From Eledone cirrhosa (Eukaryota), in contig OZ024741.1 of assembly GCA_964016885.1 (NCBI GenBank), forward strand, positions 129,456,001 to 129,520,000: a stretch of 64,000 nucleotides of DNA. Direction: 5' to 3'. Shown in pieces: positions 24,731 to 39,979 of this stretch. A program made the position numbers and the translations under genes. Position 1 is the first letter of the stretch; each line of letters opens with the position of its first letter. Under the pieces are notes generated by a model. That model worked only from the letters and a program-made list of their open reading frames with translations, was not told where the DNA came from and did not search any database.

Positions 24731-25559
24731 AACACCAATGGCTCCATTTTTCTAATTGTTTTTTGGCAATTTTTGGTTAGCTTCTTGGTGTTTTTAGCCT
24801 ACTTGAAATTTAGTTGATCCTACTTTTTTCACTCATTGTATGGTTTACATTGGGTTCGTTAGCATATTTTCAACATTTCTTTGTAATTGAGTGGAGATAT
24901 TTTGATGACTTCATGCGCTACATCTTGCTGCATCATCTGTGAGCTCTAGATATCAAGACATCATTATCATTGCTGCTTTATGACAGCTTTAGTGGTGTCG
25001 TTCCTTTTTACTAGCTTCTGTATGACTTTAACTTGCTTAGTGGCAGTTTTTACTTGTTAGTTGTTACTTTAATTTTCTACTTTCTTTTGCATCTGACTCT
25101 TATTGAGTGTTGTTAGTTTCGGGGTCATCGCTTATAACATCCAATCTTCTGAGAACTCTCAAGTTAAAGTCTGTTATAAGCCAAAGGCTCATCAGGCCGG
25201 TGCTTACCCCCAGTTTCCTTGGCGTTAAGTGACTGAGAGTACAATATTCTTCCCGGATAGGACGCCGGTCTAGCGCAGGTTTATCTCCCTAGCTACTGCT
25301 GGTACTCATCTCAGCTAAGTGTACTGAAGCAACGTAAAATAAAGTGTTTTCTTAGAACTTTAGGGTATCTAAACATTACGAATAGAGGTATTTTTTTTTT
25401 TGGACAGTGTCCAATGTAGTGAACCTTGGTATTGCTTCTATATTTTTGTTACTATGTTTTTTTATCATATTTTAGAACAATAATTATTATTGACATTGTT
25501 TTTACCTTTATGTTTTTACCTAGATTTCAATTTCAAGATCCTTCTTTCTTAAATTCGGT

Positions 25560-25930
25560 GTTGAATGGTCATGAATCTTGGGTAATGACTGAAACACTAT
25601 GATCAGGAGCACAAACAGCCGAAATGGGCTTCCTCCGAAGGGTTTTGGAGTAACGTTACTCAATAGAGTGCATAGCTCGGAGATCAGAGAGTCACTCCAG
25701 GTAGAGCCGCTACTTCTCCGAATTGAGAGATCACAGCTCCGATATTATGGATATGTAGTTGGAATGTGTAAAGAAGGAACTGCTGGATTTTACGAACAAA
25801 CTAAAACTAGTAGGAGACCCAGAAGTAGAACCCGAGCAAGATAGTTGGATAACAACCATAAGCTCGGTTGGTCTCGCTTGGGGATCCGGCCGATAGGATT
25901 TACTGGAAGGCGTCTGAGGATCCTGTATAT
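25560..25930 (+). pseudogene. RTE-clade LINE ORF C-terminal remnant
   Basis: Peptide HESWVMTE...GVTLLNRVHSSEIRESLQVEPLLLRIERSQLRYYG...RPRSRTRAR. Confidence 0.75.
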
Positions 25931-26286
25931 ACAGAATATTTCAAACCTGGCAGAGCCCATCCTTCTCCAGAACTGGGTAGTCGATTTTTTCCGGAGAAGG
26001 AAAGAGTGAGAGAGTGAGCGAGCGAGTAAGCGGAAGAGATAGATAAATAGATAGATATATAGATAGATAGATTTCTTTATTTACCATAAAGGCATAAAAA
26101 GAAGGGACAAATACAAAGGGGAAGTTTACATACAATCGAGTAAAAAGGGTATAAAATGAAAATAATCGAAAACAACCTCAAAAGGAAGGGGACGTGATGG
26201 GGGTTGCACACACCCCCGAAAAAGTGTGCAATCCTTTGCCCGGGGAGCACATGGAGAAGGTGCTCCCCTCTCCTTCACTTCTTTAC

Positions 26287-28738
26287 CTACAGGATGGTAT
26301 ACAGAGAAGGCCCATTTACACGAGCCATTCTCGCCACTATCACCAACCTTTCATAAAACTGCCTGTGGCCAAGCACCTCTCTCTCCATTCTTATCCTTCT
26401 TCCGAAGTGATATCGGAAGAAGTAGACCAGACTATGGCCAGAGAGGAAGTTGCCTGACCTCAGACCTTTCAATCGTGTCCACCAAACAACCTCTTTCAAC
26501 ATGGCTATTACGCACAGAAAAACCGCCTTTGCTTCCTTTGTGAAGAGGGGAGGCGGTTTGATTGTCATCACGGACTCGGCGGTCAATCGAATCGGCGCCA
26601 CCCGCGACAGCAGTCGTTCGGCGTAGCCCCACAGATCAGCCACGCCCGGACATTGCACCAATGCGTGCGCAACGGTTTCTTCGTGACGCACGCATCTAGG
26701 GTAAATCTTTTTCGAGGGATCCCTGCCCGGGCGCCCGTGTCTGTAGAGCCTCTCTCGAACGGGTAGAGCCCCCCGGTAGCACTGCCAGGCTAGTGACTTC
26801 TGGAAGTTGTCCATTGGTCCCGGGCCGAAAGTCCTACCGAACAGGCTGGCCAGTTCGTCCTCTTCCATGTCCAGCGACTCTCCAAGGGTGTCATCGCCCC
26901 TGCTAGCCACCAGCCCTCTATAGAATGATGAGGTGGATTCTCCACCGATGGCCTGGCCCGCTTGCCAGAGAGCCCCGAGCGCCTGAGCACACTCAGTGTG
27001 CCAGTCTCCCAGTTTTCCAGATCTTTGCTTGACCCAGGACTGCAGCTCGGTGAGCGAGACGAGTCTCGGAAAGGCCAGTGAGGTTGACCAGTGAGGAATA
27101 CCTGTAGTTGCCGTAGCCTTAATGCGTGCCTACGCATCATCAACCACGGCATCCCCAGCCCTCCTTTCGAAGGTTGTTGGCAGCAGATGGATCTTCTCAC
27201 CATAGGAGGGCGCTTCTTCCAAAGAAATTGGAAGAGCATGCGTTCCATGGTGGTGAGTGTTTCCTTAGGGCAAGGCACGACAGTCAGGCGGTAGTAAGTG
27301 ACGGACGCTATGTAAATGTTCGCCACCTCCGCCCGGCCTTTTAGGGACAGCTTACACTTGGCCCATTTCTGGGTTAGTGCAAACACCTTGTTCGTAACCT
27401 CGTCCCAGTTCTTTTCTACCTGGAGGTCCGGTCCAAACCAGACCCCAAGCAACTTTACCGGGCCCTCCGTCCAGTGTCCGACGACACCGTCGGGAGGCAT
27501 CGGTCTGCCTCTCCACGTTCCGAGTTGCAGCTCGATGGATTTTTCCCGGTTCAGTTTCGCTCCTGACAACCTTTCGTAATCCTCCAGTAAGGTACCGATC
27601 GCCTCGATCTCCGAGTCGGTCGATACCATTACTGTTACGTCATCGGCGTAGGCCGACACCGCTTTGCTCAATCCTGGTTCCAGGGGGATACTCTGCAACA
27701 ACTCCAACTTCCTCAGTAAAGGCTCGAGAGTCAATACGTACAGAAGGGAGGTAGAGGGCACCCCTGTCGAATGGATCGTGTGATTTCGAACGGCTTCGAA
27801 AGGTAGCCGTTCACCTTGATCCTAGAACAGATGTGGTTGCTATGTAAGGCAGTGATCCAGCCTCTGAAAACAGGACCAAACCCAGCCGCCGCTAGCACCG
27901 CATCCAAGTTACCATGGTCGACCCTATCGAAGGCCTTAGACTGATCCAAGTTGATCAGCGCCCCACCGAAGCCGGGTTTGTTGCCAACCCTCTCTATGAT
28001 GTATCGCATGAGGTGGAGGTTATCGTGAATCGACCTGGATGGGATAGCACATGTCTGCGCATCTCCCACCAGGCTACCCACGACAAGCGCCAACCTCTTT
28101 GCTAACACCTTGGCCAAAATCTTTAACTCTGTGTTTAGCAGGGTTATGGGCCGAAAATTATTTATACTATCCCCCTTGTTCTCGTCCTTCCTCACCAGCG
28201 AGACTACGCCCTTGGCTACAGAACAAGGAATTCTCCCGTTCTACTGCCAATTGCAGTAGATCCTATTAGGACATGCTCCTGCATAGTCCCAACGTGCATC
28301 TAGGATGTCATTCCAATCCCCCGCTAGAAGCAGGGGACGCGACGTTCCCAGAAAAGTCTCCAAACGCTGGAAGAAGTCGGGACGTTCAGCTCCGAAAGGG
28401 GAGTAGACGGCGACCAGTCTCAAGGCCGCACCTTCACTACTGCCAACGTCTAGCACCAACAAACGACCCTCCGGGTCCGAGTGAACAACCTGTACGGCAA
28501 GACCCAGGTGTTTTTGCAGCAGTACGACAACCCCACCCCCACCTCCAGGTTGACAGAGAGATGCATGCACCTCAAAGTCATCGAAGGTAGGGGCCAGCTG
28601 CCGCACGACGCTGATCCGTGTCTCACAGATAACCATTACATTTATACCACATGACCTGAGGTCATTTAGAAGCTTTGCTTGCTTCCAAGTTGAGCCCAGG
28701 CCACGTGCATTCAAACATCCTACTCTTAACACATCCAT
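26287..28738 (-). pseudogene. Tx1 ORF2 with ~1 kb internal deletion, a stop codon and frameshifts
   Basis: APE N-terminus (GCLNARGL, GDWN) is joined directly to YCNWQ near 28260. RT motifs (DQSKAFDRV, YADD) and the C-terminus follow in shifted frames. Confidence 0.9.
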
Positions 28739-28771
28739 GTGGGCGGCAAAGCCAAAGGAGAGTGTAGAGAC

Positions 28772-30689
28772 CTACCTTTCTGCTTCCCGGGGTTCGGGTC
28801 GCACGACTTCCATGGGGTCGGGGGTGTTGGGTGAAGTGGTGTCTTGTGGTGGTGTGGGGTCGTCAGTGTGTGGTGGGGTTGGGGTGTTTGGAGTTGTGTT
28901 GGGGAGGGGAAGGGGAGGGGGAAAGCTTTTTAGTAGGACGCGGTTTATGGGTTTGACAGAGGGTGGTCCTACGTCCTCCTTAAAATCCTTTTTTAGTTTT
29001 TGGTAGAGGTTCATTGGGATCTTTATTAGTTTTAAATGTGGGTAGTTTTTTGAAGAAACAAAGTTTACACCTTCGGTTTGTACCGAAGGATTATTGTTTA
29101 TGAGTTCATTTAATTTATTATTGTTTCTGTTGATGTAAGTATAGTGTAATGTCTTTTTTTCGGATGGTGTGAGTGTTTCGAAGAGGGGGGGGGGCAGGTT
29201 TGGTTTTGTTTGTTGCTGGAGGGGTGTTTTGTGTTTTGTTGGATTGTGTTGACATTTGGGTGGTGGTTGTTTGGCCTTGTGTGTTTTGCACATGTTTTCT
29301 TTTTTTCCTTTTAATCTGTCTGAAGGACTCCGTTTCTTCCTCCGAATTCGTTGGGTTATCTTCAGTGTTGGAGGGAAGAGGTATGTTTGCTGGTAATATT
29401 TCCGTGTTGGTTTTCTTTGTGGGGGAGATGGATGTCACTATGTTAGACTGTGTTGTGTGTTGTGGCTGCGATGGTTGTGTTGTTTTATTGAGTGAGGGGT
29501 TGGGTGGGCCTGTATTTTGTTTTGGGGTAATGTGTTGTGACTGTTTGTGTTGTGGTGGTGGTGTAGTTTTACTGAGGGACGGGTTGGGTGGGACTGAGTT
29601 TTGTTGTTTGTTTATCTGTTGTGGTGGTGGTGGTGGTGGAGCTGGTGTTGGTAGCAGGGTTTTCTTTTTGTTGAGTTGGGGACAAGCCGCCTTCAGATGC
29701 CCTCTGCCTGCACAGATATGAAAGGACGGCCTTCTCCCCTCCACGCTAATGTTTATATACCCGTGGCCCTCTAATAGGATTCTGTCGGGTATTAGGGCGA
29801 TGCGTTCAGGCTTCATTTGCACTACAAGTTCTATACCTGTTCCACTGGACGCATTGCCTGTGGTTTTCCCAATGGAAATCACGTTGTCATTCGCTGGATC
29901 GATGAAGCCAGCTATGAGCCAGCAGTAGTCCACATCTGGCATCATTGCATCCAGCCATATGCGTTGAGTTCTTTTACCCATATAAGATGGATAAAAGGTA
30001 AAATTTTTCGAACGAATCGGTGACAAAGCACATTTTTTTGCCGCCGATTCGTTCTTCATAATAATCGCTAGGCTTCCATACAGTCTGTCTTTTCTTATGA
30101 AAGTGGTTTCATTCAGTACTTCTGTAAGTACTGTTTTGATTTCTGTTTGAGTTGGCTGTTCAGGTTTTTTAGAAATGTTGTTGATGGTGCGGAAAACGAC
30201 CGTTCGACTTTCAATGTCTTTGGTGAGTTCTTGAGGCATTTTTACCGATAAAATACCATTTTCTCCTTCAGTTATATATTGTTTGGCGTCTGTGATTCTT
30301 TGTGCCACATCTGAAATGTTTTCAGGTATATATGTCAAAGATTTCTTTGTTGTTTGTGCAAATGAAATATTTTTGGTGTTGGCTTTGTCGTCTGCTTTGA
30401 TTTCTGTTACGATGTTGTTTTCAAATGTTATTTTTGTGTTTGTCGTGTCTTTGTTTGTGGTATTAATATTGTCATGCAATTTTTCAAATTTTTTTTTTTC
30501 GTTGTTGGAATCAATGTCCAGATTTGTGTTTTCGTCATTTTTCTCCGTAGATTCGTCTGTTTTTATTTTATTTTTTCTTTCCTTTTCTATGACGTTAGTT
30601 GGGAAGGAAGGGGGGGGGACTAAAGCGTGCGAGCTTACAACTCTTACCGCTGTCCCCCCACCACTATTTTCGTTAGCTTCGTTTAACAT
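28772..30689 (-). pseudogene. Tx1 ORF1 with a frameshift near the homopolymer at ~29185-29194
   Basis: ISVEGRRPSFHICAGRGHLKAAC (decayed knuckle). The C-terminal domain homologous to copy A lies in a second frame. Confidence 0.8.
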
Positions 30690-30915
30690 TTCTGTCAGAC
30701 GATTGAAATTTTTTATGCCTCAAAATTTTTAAAAACAGGTTTTTCACCCCTAGGAGGGGTAAAGATGAGCTGACCCACCGCCTGACAGGGGGGTCAAGCT
30801 ACACAATAGTATCAAAATTAAAATTGAACTTACAAAATTTCCGCAATAAATTTGAACAAAACTTCTGCGCGAAGTGAATTACATCTACGCTGTAGAACAG
30901 ACGACAGCTAGATTG

Positions 30916-30932
30916 GATAGATATATAGATAG

Positions 30933-30966
<34 letters not shown>

Positions 30967-31113
30967 AAGAAGAAGAAGAAGAAGAAGAAGAAGAAGAAGA
31001 AGAAGAAGAAGAAGAAGAAGAAGAAGAAGAAGAAGAAGAAGAAGAAGAAGAAGAAGAAGAAGAAGAAGAAGAAGAAGGAGGTGGAAGAGAGGAGGAGGAG
31101 GAGGAGGAGGAGG
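30916..31113. repeat. Compound (GATA)n(GA)n(GAA)n(GGA)n microsatellite
   Basis: Direct reading of the sequence. Confidence 0.95.
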
Positions 31114-31114
31114 T

Positions 31115-32040
31115 ATGTTACGTCTCTTTACGTTCTAAATTCAAACCCTGCCGAGGTTAAGTATGCCTGTCATCCTTACGGAGCTGATGAAATAAAGTAC
31201 CAGTCACTCAGAGATCAATTTAATCGTCTTATCACTCCCTCGCAAAATATTGTTGGCCTTGTGTCGAAATCAGAAACCATTAATTTCTGATAAAAAAAAA
31301 AAAAGGTGGCTTGGTAATAACGGTAGAGCGTCGGACAATATGCTTTGTAGCATAGAGTTACGTCCCTTTACGTTCTGAGTTCAAATCCTGCCGGCGTTAA
31401 GTTTGCGTTTCATCCTTACGGGGGTCGATGAAATAAAATATCAGTAATGCACTGGGGTCAATTTAATCCACTTTCCTCTCCCCGAAAATTACCGGCCTTG
31501 TGCTTATAATAGAAATCATCATTATTGGCAGTATCGGTAGAGAGTCGGACGCCATGCTTTGCAGCATAGAGTTACGTCCCTTTTCGGTCTGAGTTCAAAT
31601 CCCGCCGAGGTTAACTTTGCCTTTTTTCCTTACGGGGTCGATAAAATAAAGCACCAGTAACATACTGGGTCGATTTTGGTCGACTTTCCCCTCCCCCAAA
31701 TTACTGGCCTTGTGCCTATACTAGAAATCATTATCATGATTATTATTATTGTTTTTTCTATGGTTATCTATTCATTATATGTCCTTATTTCAACATAAAT
31801 ATTTAGAATCAGTTGTTCTTTGTATAACGTCCTTGACATTTGTATAACTTTATCTTGTTCATTGCCAAACATTTTCCCCTTTACGTTCTGAGTTCAAATC
31901 GTGCCGATATTAACTTCACCTTTCATCCTTATGGGGTCAATGAAATAAGTACTGGGATCGATTTAATCGAGACTTGTTCCTCCACCTCCCAAAAAATAGT
32001 TGTCCTTGTGTCTAAATCAGAAACAATTACTATCAAGTAA
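31115..32040 (+). mobile_element. Cluster of four SINE copies, two directly head-to-tail at 31526
   Basis: SINE core occurs four times; tails such as CCTTGTGCCTATACTAGAAATCATTAT. Confidence 0.85.
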
Positions 32041-32211
32041 TCATTATAAGCCCACCATCGAGAGTCAATGATCATTTTATAAGTACGCTATATTGAATAT
32101 TTTAGCTGAAACATGTTTCTCTGAATAAATTTCTATAGTATTGTTTTTGTTGTTGTTTCCCTCTCTTGCCCTTTGTTTTATCATTGATTTGCTCGTTTAT
32201 CGTTGGAGACA

Positions 32212-33350
<1,139 letters not shown>

Positions 33351-33519
33351 GAGTTTTAATGTCTTTAGCATAGAGTGATAGGAATGGACTTGTAAACTAT
33401 GTCATTCATTGATTGTCAACGAAAGTAAAGTCCAGAAATCTGTTTGTTAGGCGATATTCTTAACAAAGGAACTACATTTTGTGGCCAAATATAATGGATC
33501 CCCTGTCACTTTCGGCGAT

Positions 33520-33960
33520 GATCCAGCCTTGTCGCTTCGGTCATAAACTCGGGGTCCGCAACTCGCAATGCGGAGGAGAGAAAGATAGTCAAATACCAGG
33601 GCCTGACAGACAGCTTCCTCTTTGTACCGGTCTCCGTCGAGACCTCTGGTGTCCTTGGTCCTCCCACGGCGGTCTGCTTGAGGAGGAAACCATGTGAGGT
33701 GGGGTGGCTGTTGCAACTGTTATCTCTGGCCGTTCTCCACGGTAACACCTTTGCCATTTTGTTTGCGGGGCGCAGCTGAGACGCCACCCGACTGGGGTAT
33801 AGTGTCTGTTCCCCCATCCCTTTCATTACTTGCTCCTTTTTTACTTTCTTCTTTTCATTTCCTTTTTTCTCCCTTTTTGTTCCCTTTAATGATGTGTTTT
33901 GTTTTTATTAGATACTACTCAAGAAGAAGAAGAAGAAGAAGAAGAAGAAGAAGAAGAAGA
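33520..33960 (+). pseudogene. CRE-like restriction-like-endonuclease LINE 3' remnant followed by (AAG)n
   Basis: Translation AEERKIVKYQGLTDSFLFVPVSVETSGVLGP. Confidence 0.65.
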
Positions 33961-34174
33961 ATGTATCTCTCCGCCAGTTTCGACAATGAGAGTTCCAGTT
34001 ATTCGCTCAACGGAACCATGACCTACTCGTGAAAGTAATGTGTAAGTGGCTGAGCATTTCACAGACATGCGTTCGCTTAACGTGACACTGTGTGTGATGA
34101 GATTAGTCCTTTGAATTACAGGAACATTTCATCTGATGGACTTCCATACAACTAAAAGCTAAAACTTACCCTTG

Positions 34175-34308
34175 TGAGATATGTTGCCGAGATATGTTGC
34201 CGAGATATGTATGTACATATGTATGCGGAGATATGTGGCCGAGATATGTATGTACATATGTATGCGGAGATATGTGGCCGAGATATGTATGTACATATGT
34301 ATGCGGAG
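34175..34308. repeat. 39-bp minisatellite, about 3 copies
   Basis: CCGAGATATGTATGTACATATGTATGCGGAGATATGTGG repeated. Confidence 0.9.
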
Positions 34309-34631
34309 TAATGCAATATACTAAAACGTGTTAACAGCCTGTTTTTATACAAATAAAAATAAATCTCTGTCTGTCTGTTTGACTCCCTGAAACTCGAGAA
34401 CCATCCAACTGATTGTTTTCAAACTTTACACATGTAATACTTATGGTCCTGTGAGTGTTTTGAGCAAAACATATTTCAAATTTTCAATGCCTTAGGGACC
34501 GCATTAGGCGATTTAGCTATCTCTCTCTATAATTCTTAGTCTTTCTTTTTAGATAGATACATAGATATAACGTTCCACCCTTATAATATCTGTCTGTATG
34601 TCTGGCTGTCTGCATTACGACATTATGACGC

Positions 34632-34762
<131 letters not shown>

Positions 34763-34763
34763 T

Positions 34764-34984
<221 letters not shown>

Positions 34985-35990
34985 TGTATATATAGTGTAT
35001 TTTGCAATACACTGTATGCTTAATTAAAAGCATTTTGAAGACCATACACTATTGTTTTAAAGTAGTGACAATGTCACTTACTTAAATTTTCAGCAAACAG
35101 GGTATAATCAGCTCCTGATTATAAATATAGGGTTGGTGTGAGACAGTTGACCACTACATCTTAGCTGGTTGGTATGAACACTGCAACTGCCATAGTTGAA
35201 TATGGGCTCAGGCTATTTATCAGTATTCCATTTGCTTTGTCTCCGAGACATGAGAAAAAGCAGACGACCGCATGACACTGAAAGCCCATTCACAATGGAT
35301 CTTATCTATGAGGCCACCAAAGGTCAGCTTCCTGGTGGTCGATTGATAGTGTGAAAGAAACTCTATTGAAGATAGTATTAAATTACTGCTACATATGTAT
35401 GGTAACTCCCGATAGAATCTTAGGGGTATCGTAGTGGCGTTTCTTGGGCATTTTAAGCCTGACGGAACCCTTCTCTCCAGGCCTGAATACAACAGATTTC
35501 TTCCAGTGAAGGATAGAAAGCGAGAGAGGGGAAGTGAGAAAGAGATGAAGAGGAAGAATCTACCATAGTATTAGACTGATACTTTAAAAATTGATCTCAG
35601 AGAGGTCTTAGGAGAGCCTGGTACTTGTCCGGCATTTCCCCTGAAACCAATACAATACTTGACTGATCGTCTGTTAAGATCAGCATGAAATGGTCTGGGC
35701 TTGGGTTGCTCCTCCATGTTTTATTTTATTTTAACAAAGTTATGTCACCTTCCTGGTTGAATTGCCCGGACAAGTAGGTACACACTTTTGAGACATACCT
35801 ATACCATATTTCTTCGTTTGTCTAGCATGTATAGCTAACAATTGATGAGCTGCTGCTGTTGTTGCTGTTGGTGTCCGCGTTAACATTATATAAGTCAAGC
35901 GTTTATTTGCTCGTCAAATTGTGACTGTATTTCTAACTGATTCTATTTATTTGGCTGCCGTTTCTTTTCGTTTTCCTTGTTTTATGTACT

Positions 35991-36034
<44 letters not shown>

Positions 36035-36044
36035 TTGTTGTTGT

Positions 36045-36109
<65 letters not shown>

Positions 36110-36113
36110 TTGT

Positions 36114-36198
<85 letters not shown>
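35991..36198. repeat. (GAT)n microsatellite
   Basis: Direct reading of the sequence. Confidence 0.95.
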
Positions 36199-38040
36199 AT
36201 AGGCGGGAGCAAAAGAGAATATTAAGTAGGTGAAGGAGGCGAAATAATATGTTGACAGACGACGGAGATAAGCAGAGTTGTCAGCTGTTATTATTGGATG
36301 TGAATTTACGACTTCCTGGTGAATGTGTTGATGTTTACTGACACAGCAAGACCCCACCGTTTTCATAACATATGTACAAGGTGGGCCACAATTAGGCTTA
36401 CTGATTACTATAAAACATAGCAATAAAGTGCTTGCAAACAGGCAGTATTTGTTGATTCCTGGATTGGCTTGCGTGGTGTATTCTTGAGCAAGACACTTCA
36501 TTTCACGTTGCTCCAGTTTATTCAGCTGAAAATAAGTACTAGCAACAGCTGGGCGTTTAACCCTGCGATAGACTCTCGTCCTGTCCAGGGGCCGTCTTGT
36601 ACTCTCAGTCGCTTCTCGCCACAAAAACCGGGATAAGCCTCCGAGCTCGAGACAGACTTTAGACATTTTAATTTTCCGAACAGGCTGCTCCGTTGATTCA
36701 ACAACTGGAACGCTCATCGACGAGACCAAAGGAGGCCCATTTCATAAATTTACCTGAATTGCCGATGGAATAAAGTTGAATATCATTATGGTGTTGGTGT
36801 TGTTGATGGTGGTGGATCTTTTTTAAACACTAGTATATATTTTGGACTACATTATTTTATGCCCTGTTTGCTTAGCTAGGGCGGGGAGATGAGGCACTAT
36901 CCGCACCGGGTGGGATTCGTTGGAGGCCGTTTTAGTTAATCTTGGGCTATAACGTATAGGTTTTTCGTGGAAAAGAAGTTGGCAACTGATTGACTGCCAT
37001 GCCTCCCTTTTCACTGCGTCATTTCAGAGAGATTTGGCTACTATTTCTAACAGGCCGATCGACTAATATAGGTTTCTTTGTTAGATACCAACAAGTTTAT
37101 TTGATATATTTCCATTGATATTTCATTTGGATTGATAAATAACCTAACTACGAAGCCAAAACAAACATAGGATTGTTTCTTGTTAAAGACATTTACAATA
37201 CAGCAGCTGTCAAAAAACAAAACACTGCAGTTTTTCCAATAAGGACATAGAAACGTTATACAATCGGATGAAATCTGTTGTAGCGTTTATCACGGAGCTT
37301 TTTGCGTTACGAGTTCAAGTCCCAACAAGATCAACCTTTCCGTGTATCCTTCTGGGGTCGAGAAATAAAGTGCCAGTCAAAGGCGGTGGACAAGGGAAAT
37401 CGCTAGAGCATCGACCAAGTTGCTTTGCGGTGTATGTTTCGGCTTTTTGCATTCCAAGTTCAAATCCTGTCGCGGTCTACTTGGGCGATAGAGTTAATCC
37501 GTTGCTCGTCTTAACACAATTACCACCTGTCCTCTGGGGTGCCATTAGCTAATTTCTTTAGACTGCACGCATTCGCGCATTTGAGTCACAAGAAGCGATT
37601 CAACTTGAGACAGCTCAAGGGAAAGAAGAAAGTGTGAACGATGTATGTTTCAAAAGTCAGATTTATCAAGTGAAAGGTGAGGATGGGAGTGAGGAGGAAC
37701 GTGGCACGCCCTCGAAAGAAGGGTTCCAATGAGAGAACAAGTGCCTGTGGAATAGTCAGTAGGTTTACACTCAGCGCTGAACTTCCCTATAAGCTAAATG
37801 AGCTTTGGTTAAGGGTCACACACCTCCAGGGGCCTCATGAAAAAAAAAATACATTCATATTTTATCATTAATTTATGTTCTTTAACTTTAAATTCAGACG
37901 TCTATGTTGAGCTCGTCTGTCTTCGTGAAACCTTTGGTAAATGGAATAATTGTCTTATGTTGTTTATTACATAATCAAATAGCTCTGTAGCATACATAGA
38001 GCACTCTCCTTTCCTTTACAAATATATATATGTATGTATA

Positions 38041-38116
<76 letters not shown>

Positions 38117-38139
38117 TATACATACATATATATATTTGT

Positions 38140-38600
38140 AAAACACCAGAGCCAAAGAAATGTAACAACTTTAGCAGAAAAAGCTTGGACGCTCAGGGAT
38201 AGCGACCAAAAGTTTACCCTAAAATGGGAGAAATTAGCTAAAACCCAAAGCTTTTCCAGGAGCCAAAATTTCTGCAAATTGTGTAATCTTGAGATTTATT
38301 ACATAATCACACACAAGAAGAAACTGCTGAATAACAGAATTGAACGAACATTATTCTGCCGTCACAGAACTAAAACCCTTTTTTCCCACTACAAGCCGAA
38401 TATTACATAAAAGAGGGACATCCCCCAACTATATAAACCTTAATCTAGTTAGAAAAATATAAAAACAATCTCTTCTCAACATATATTAATAACCTTAAAT
38501 TACCATACTAATAATGAAAAGATATGCTGATGAGAATAGGTACAAATATGCGATAATGAATGTGTCTAAAAACGTCCATAAGTATGTATATATATGTGAA
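38140..38600 (+). mobile_element. PLE 3' remnant: GIY-YIG C-terminus plus degenerate hammerhead
   Basis: Peptide [12 protein letters not shown]...[11 protein letters not shown]...LLNNRIE...CRH (stop 38410). TATG-CTGATGA...AAACGTC-CATA at 38524-38580. Confidence 0.75.
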
Positions 38601-38731
38601 AATGTATATAAATAAGTAAATATATATATATGTTTGATGTGTATAGTTGGATGTAAGTGTATTCATGTATTAAAGTGCTTATATATATATATGTATGTAT
38701 ATGTATGTATATGTATGTGTGTGTATATATG

Positions 38732-38850
<119 letters not shown>

Positions 38851-39406
38851 ATATGTGTATATGGATGTGTAAGTATGTGTATGTGTGTACACATGGACTA
38901 GAGTATGTATGTATATATGAGTGTGTCTATACGTGTGTATATAAAGATAAGTTGAGTATGAAAATGTATACACATGAGCGCGTATGTATGTATATGAATA
39001 CATGTGTGTATATATATGTGTATGCATGTGTATATATATGTAAGTATGAATATGTGAATTGTGAGTATATGTATTTTGTAGAGGTGTGCAAATATATTTG
39101 TGTGTGAATGCGTGGGTGAAAGGATACGTACACTTGAAAGAAAAATTTAAGTCTGAATGTTAATTAAGTGCAAACACAAAACCAACCACGCATATCTTAA
39201 CTATCTCTAATCCTTCTATAGATTTAGAAAAATAACCAATAATATATTCTATAAAAAATGTCAAAACAACAGATGGGAATCTAATTACTCACTGCCACCA
39301 AGAATTCTCACTGCTATCGAAAAACCACTCCTTCAACTATTCTTCTAACAACTTCACCCCTCCCTCCTAATATTCTCTATAAAAACTAAATAGGTCCTCA
39401 GTAATA

Positions 39407-39523
39407 TTATTCTGATGAAATGACAGTAAATAATAACATTGAAATATTGAATGTCTGCATAACTAAAAGTTTGTAGATAGCTGTTTTAGGTTATGTAACT
39501 GTTATAGAAACACGTGTCAATAA
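39407..39523 (+). ncRNA. Type I hammerhead motif with branched stem II
   Basis: TTATT-CTGATGA-A-ATGACAGT...(two inner hairpins)...ACTGTTAT-A-GAAA-CACGTG-TC-AATAA. Confidence 0.7.
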
Positions 39524-39670
39524 ATTCCTTTCAACTAAACTGTATCCATTCAAATCTTTCTATTTTTCTCCGGATTACTTTTGGAACTACAACTGGAACC
39601 GTCGAGCAAACTCTACGTGAGCTGATAATCTACTGTGTGTAATATTTATATTACAACACAACGGAAAATA

Positions 39671-39862
<192 letters not shown>

Positions 39863-39943
39863 GGTAAACAGAAATAACAACACAATCGGTACAGTATATG
39901 GAAGGGATATATTAGGTTAACGCTTGATATAGCAGGAAGAGGG

Positions 39944-39979
39944 TCTTAACGTTTCGGACGCTAGTCCTTCATCAGAAGA
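39944..39979 (-). ncRNA. Minimal type I hammerhead motif
   Basis: TCTT-CTGATGA-A-GGAC-TAGC-GTCC-GAAA-CG-TT-AAGA. Confidence 0.8.

Larger units (their letters stand above)
26073..30915 (-). mobile_element. Tx1-type LINE family D inserted in (TATC)n; internally deleted and frameshifted
   Basis: ORF1 30689-28772 and ORF2 28738-26287 are homologous to copy A. 3' end is AATAAAGAAATC(TATC)n. The 23-bp direct repeat GATAGATATATAGATAGATAGAT occurs at 26050-26072 and 30916-30938. Confidence 0.92.

Noticed and set aside
29180-29196. Programmed frameshift in family D ORF1
   Set aside because: It falls at a long homopolymer in a decayed copy, and the homologous ORF1 of copy A is continuous. Mutation or sequencing error is simpler.
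25185-31195. CTGATGA matches at 25189(-) and 31184(+)
   Set aside because: They lie inside SINE bodies and have no stem II/GAAA partner.
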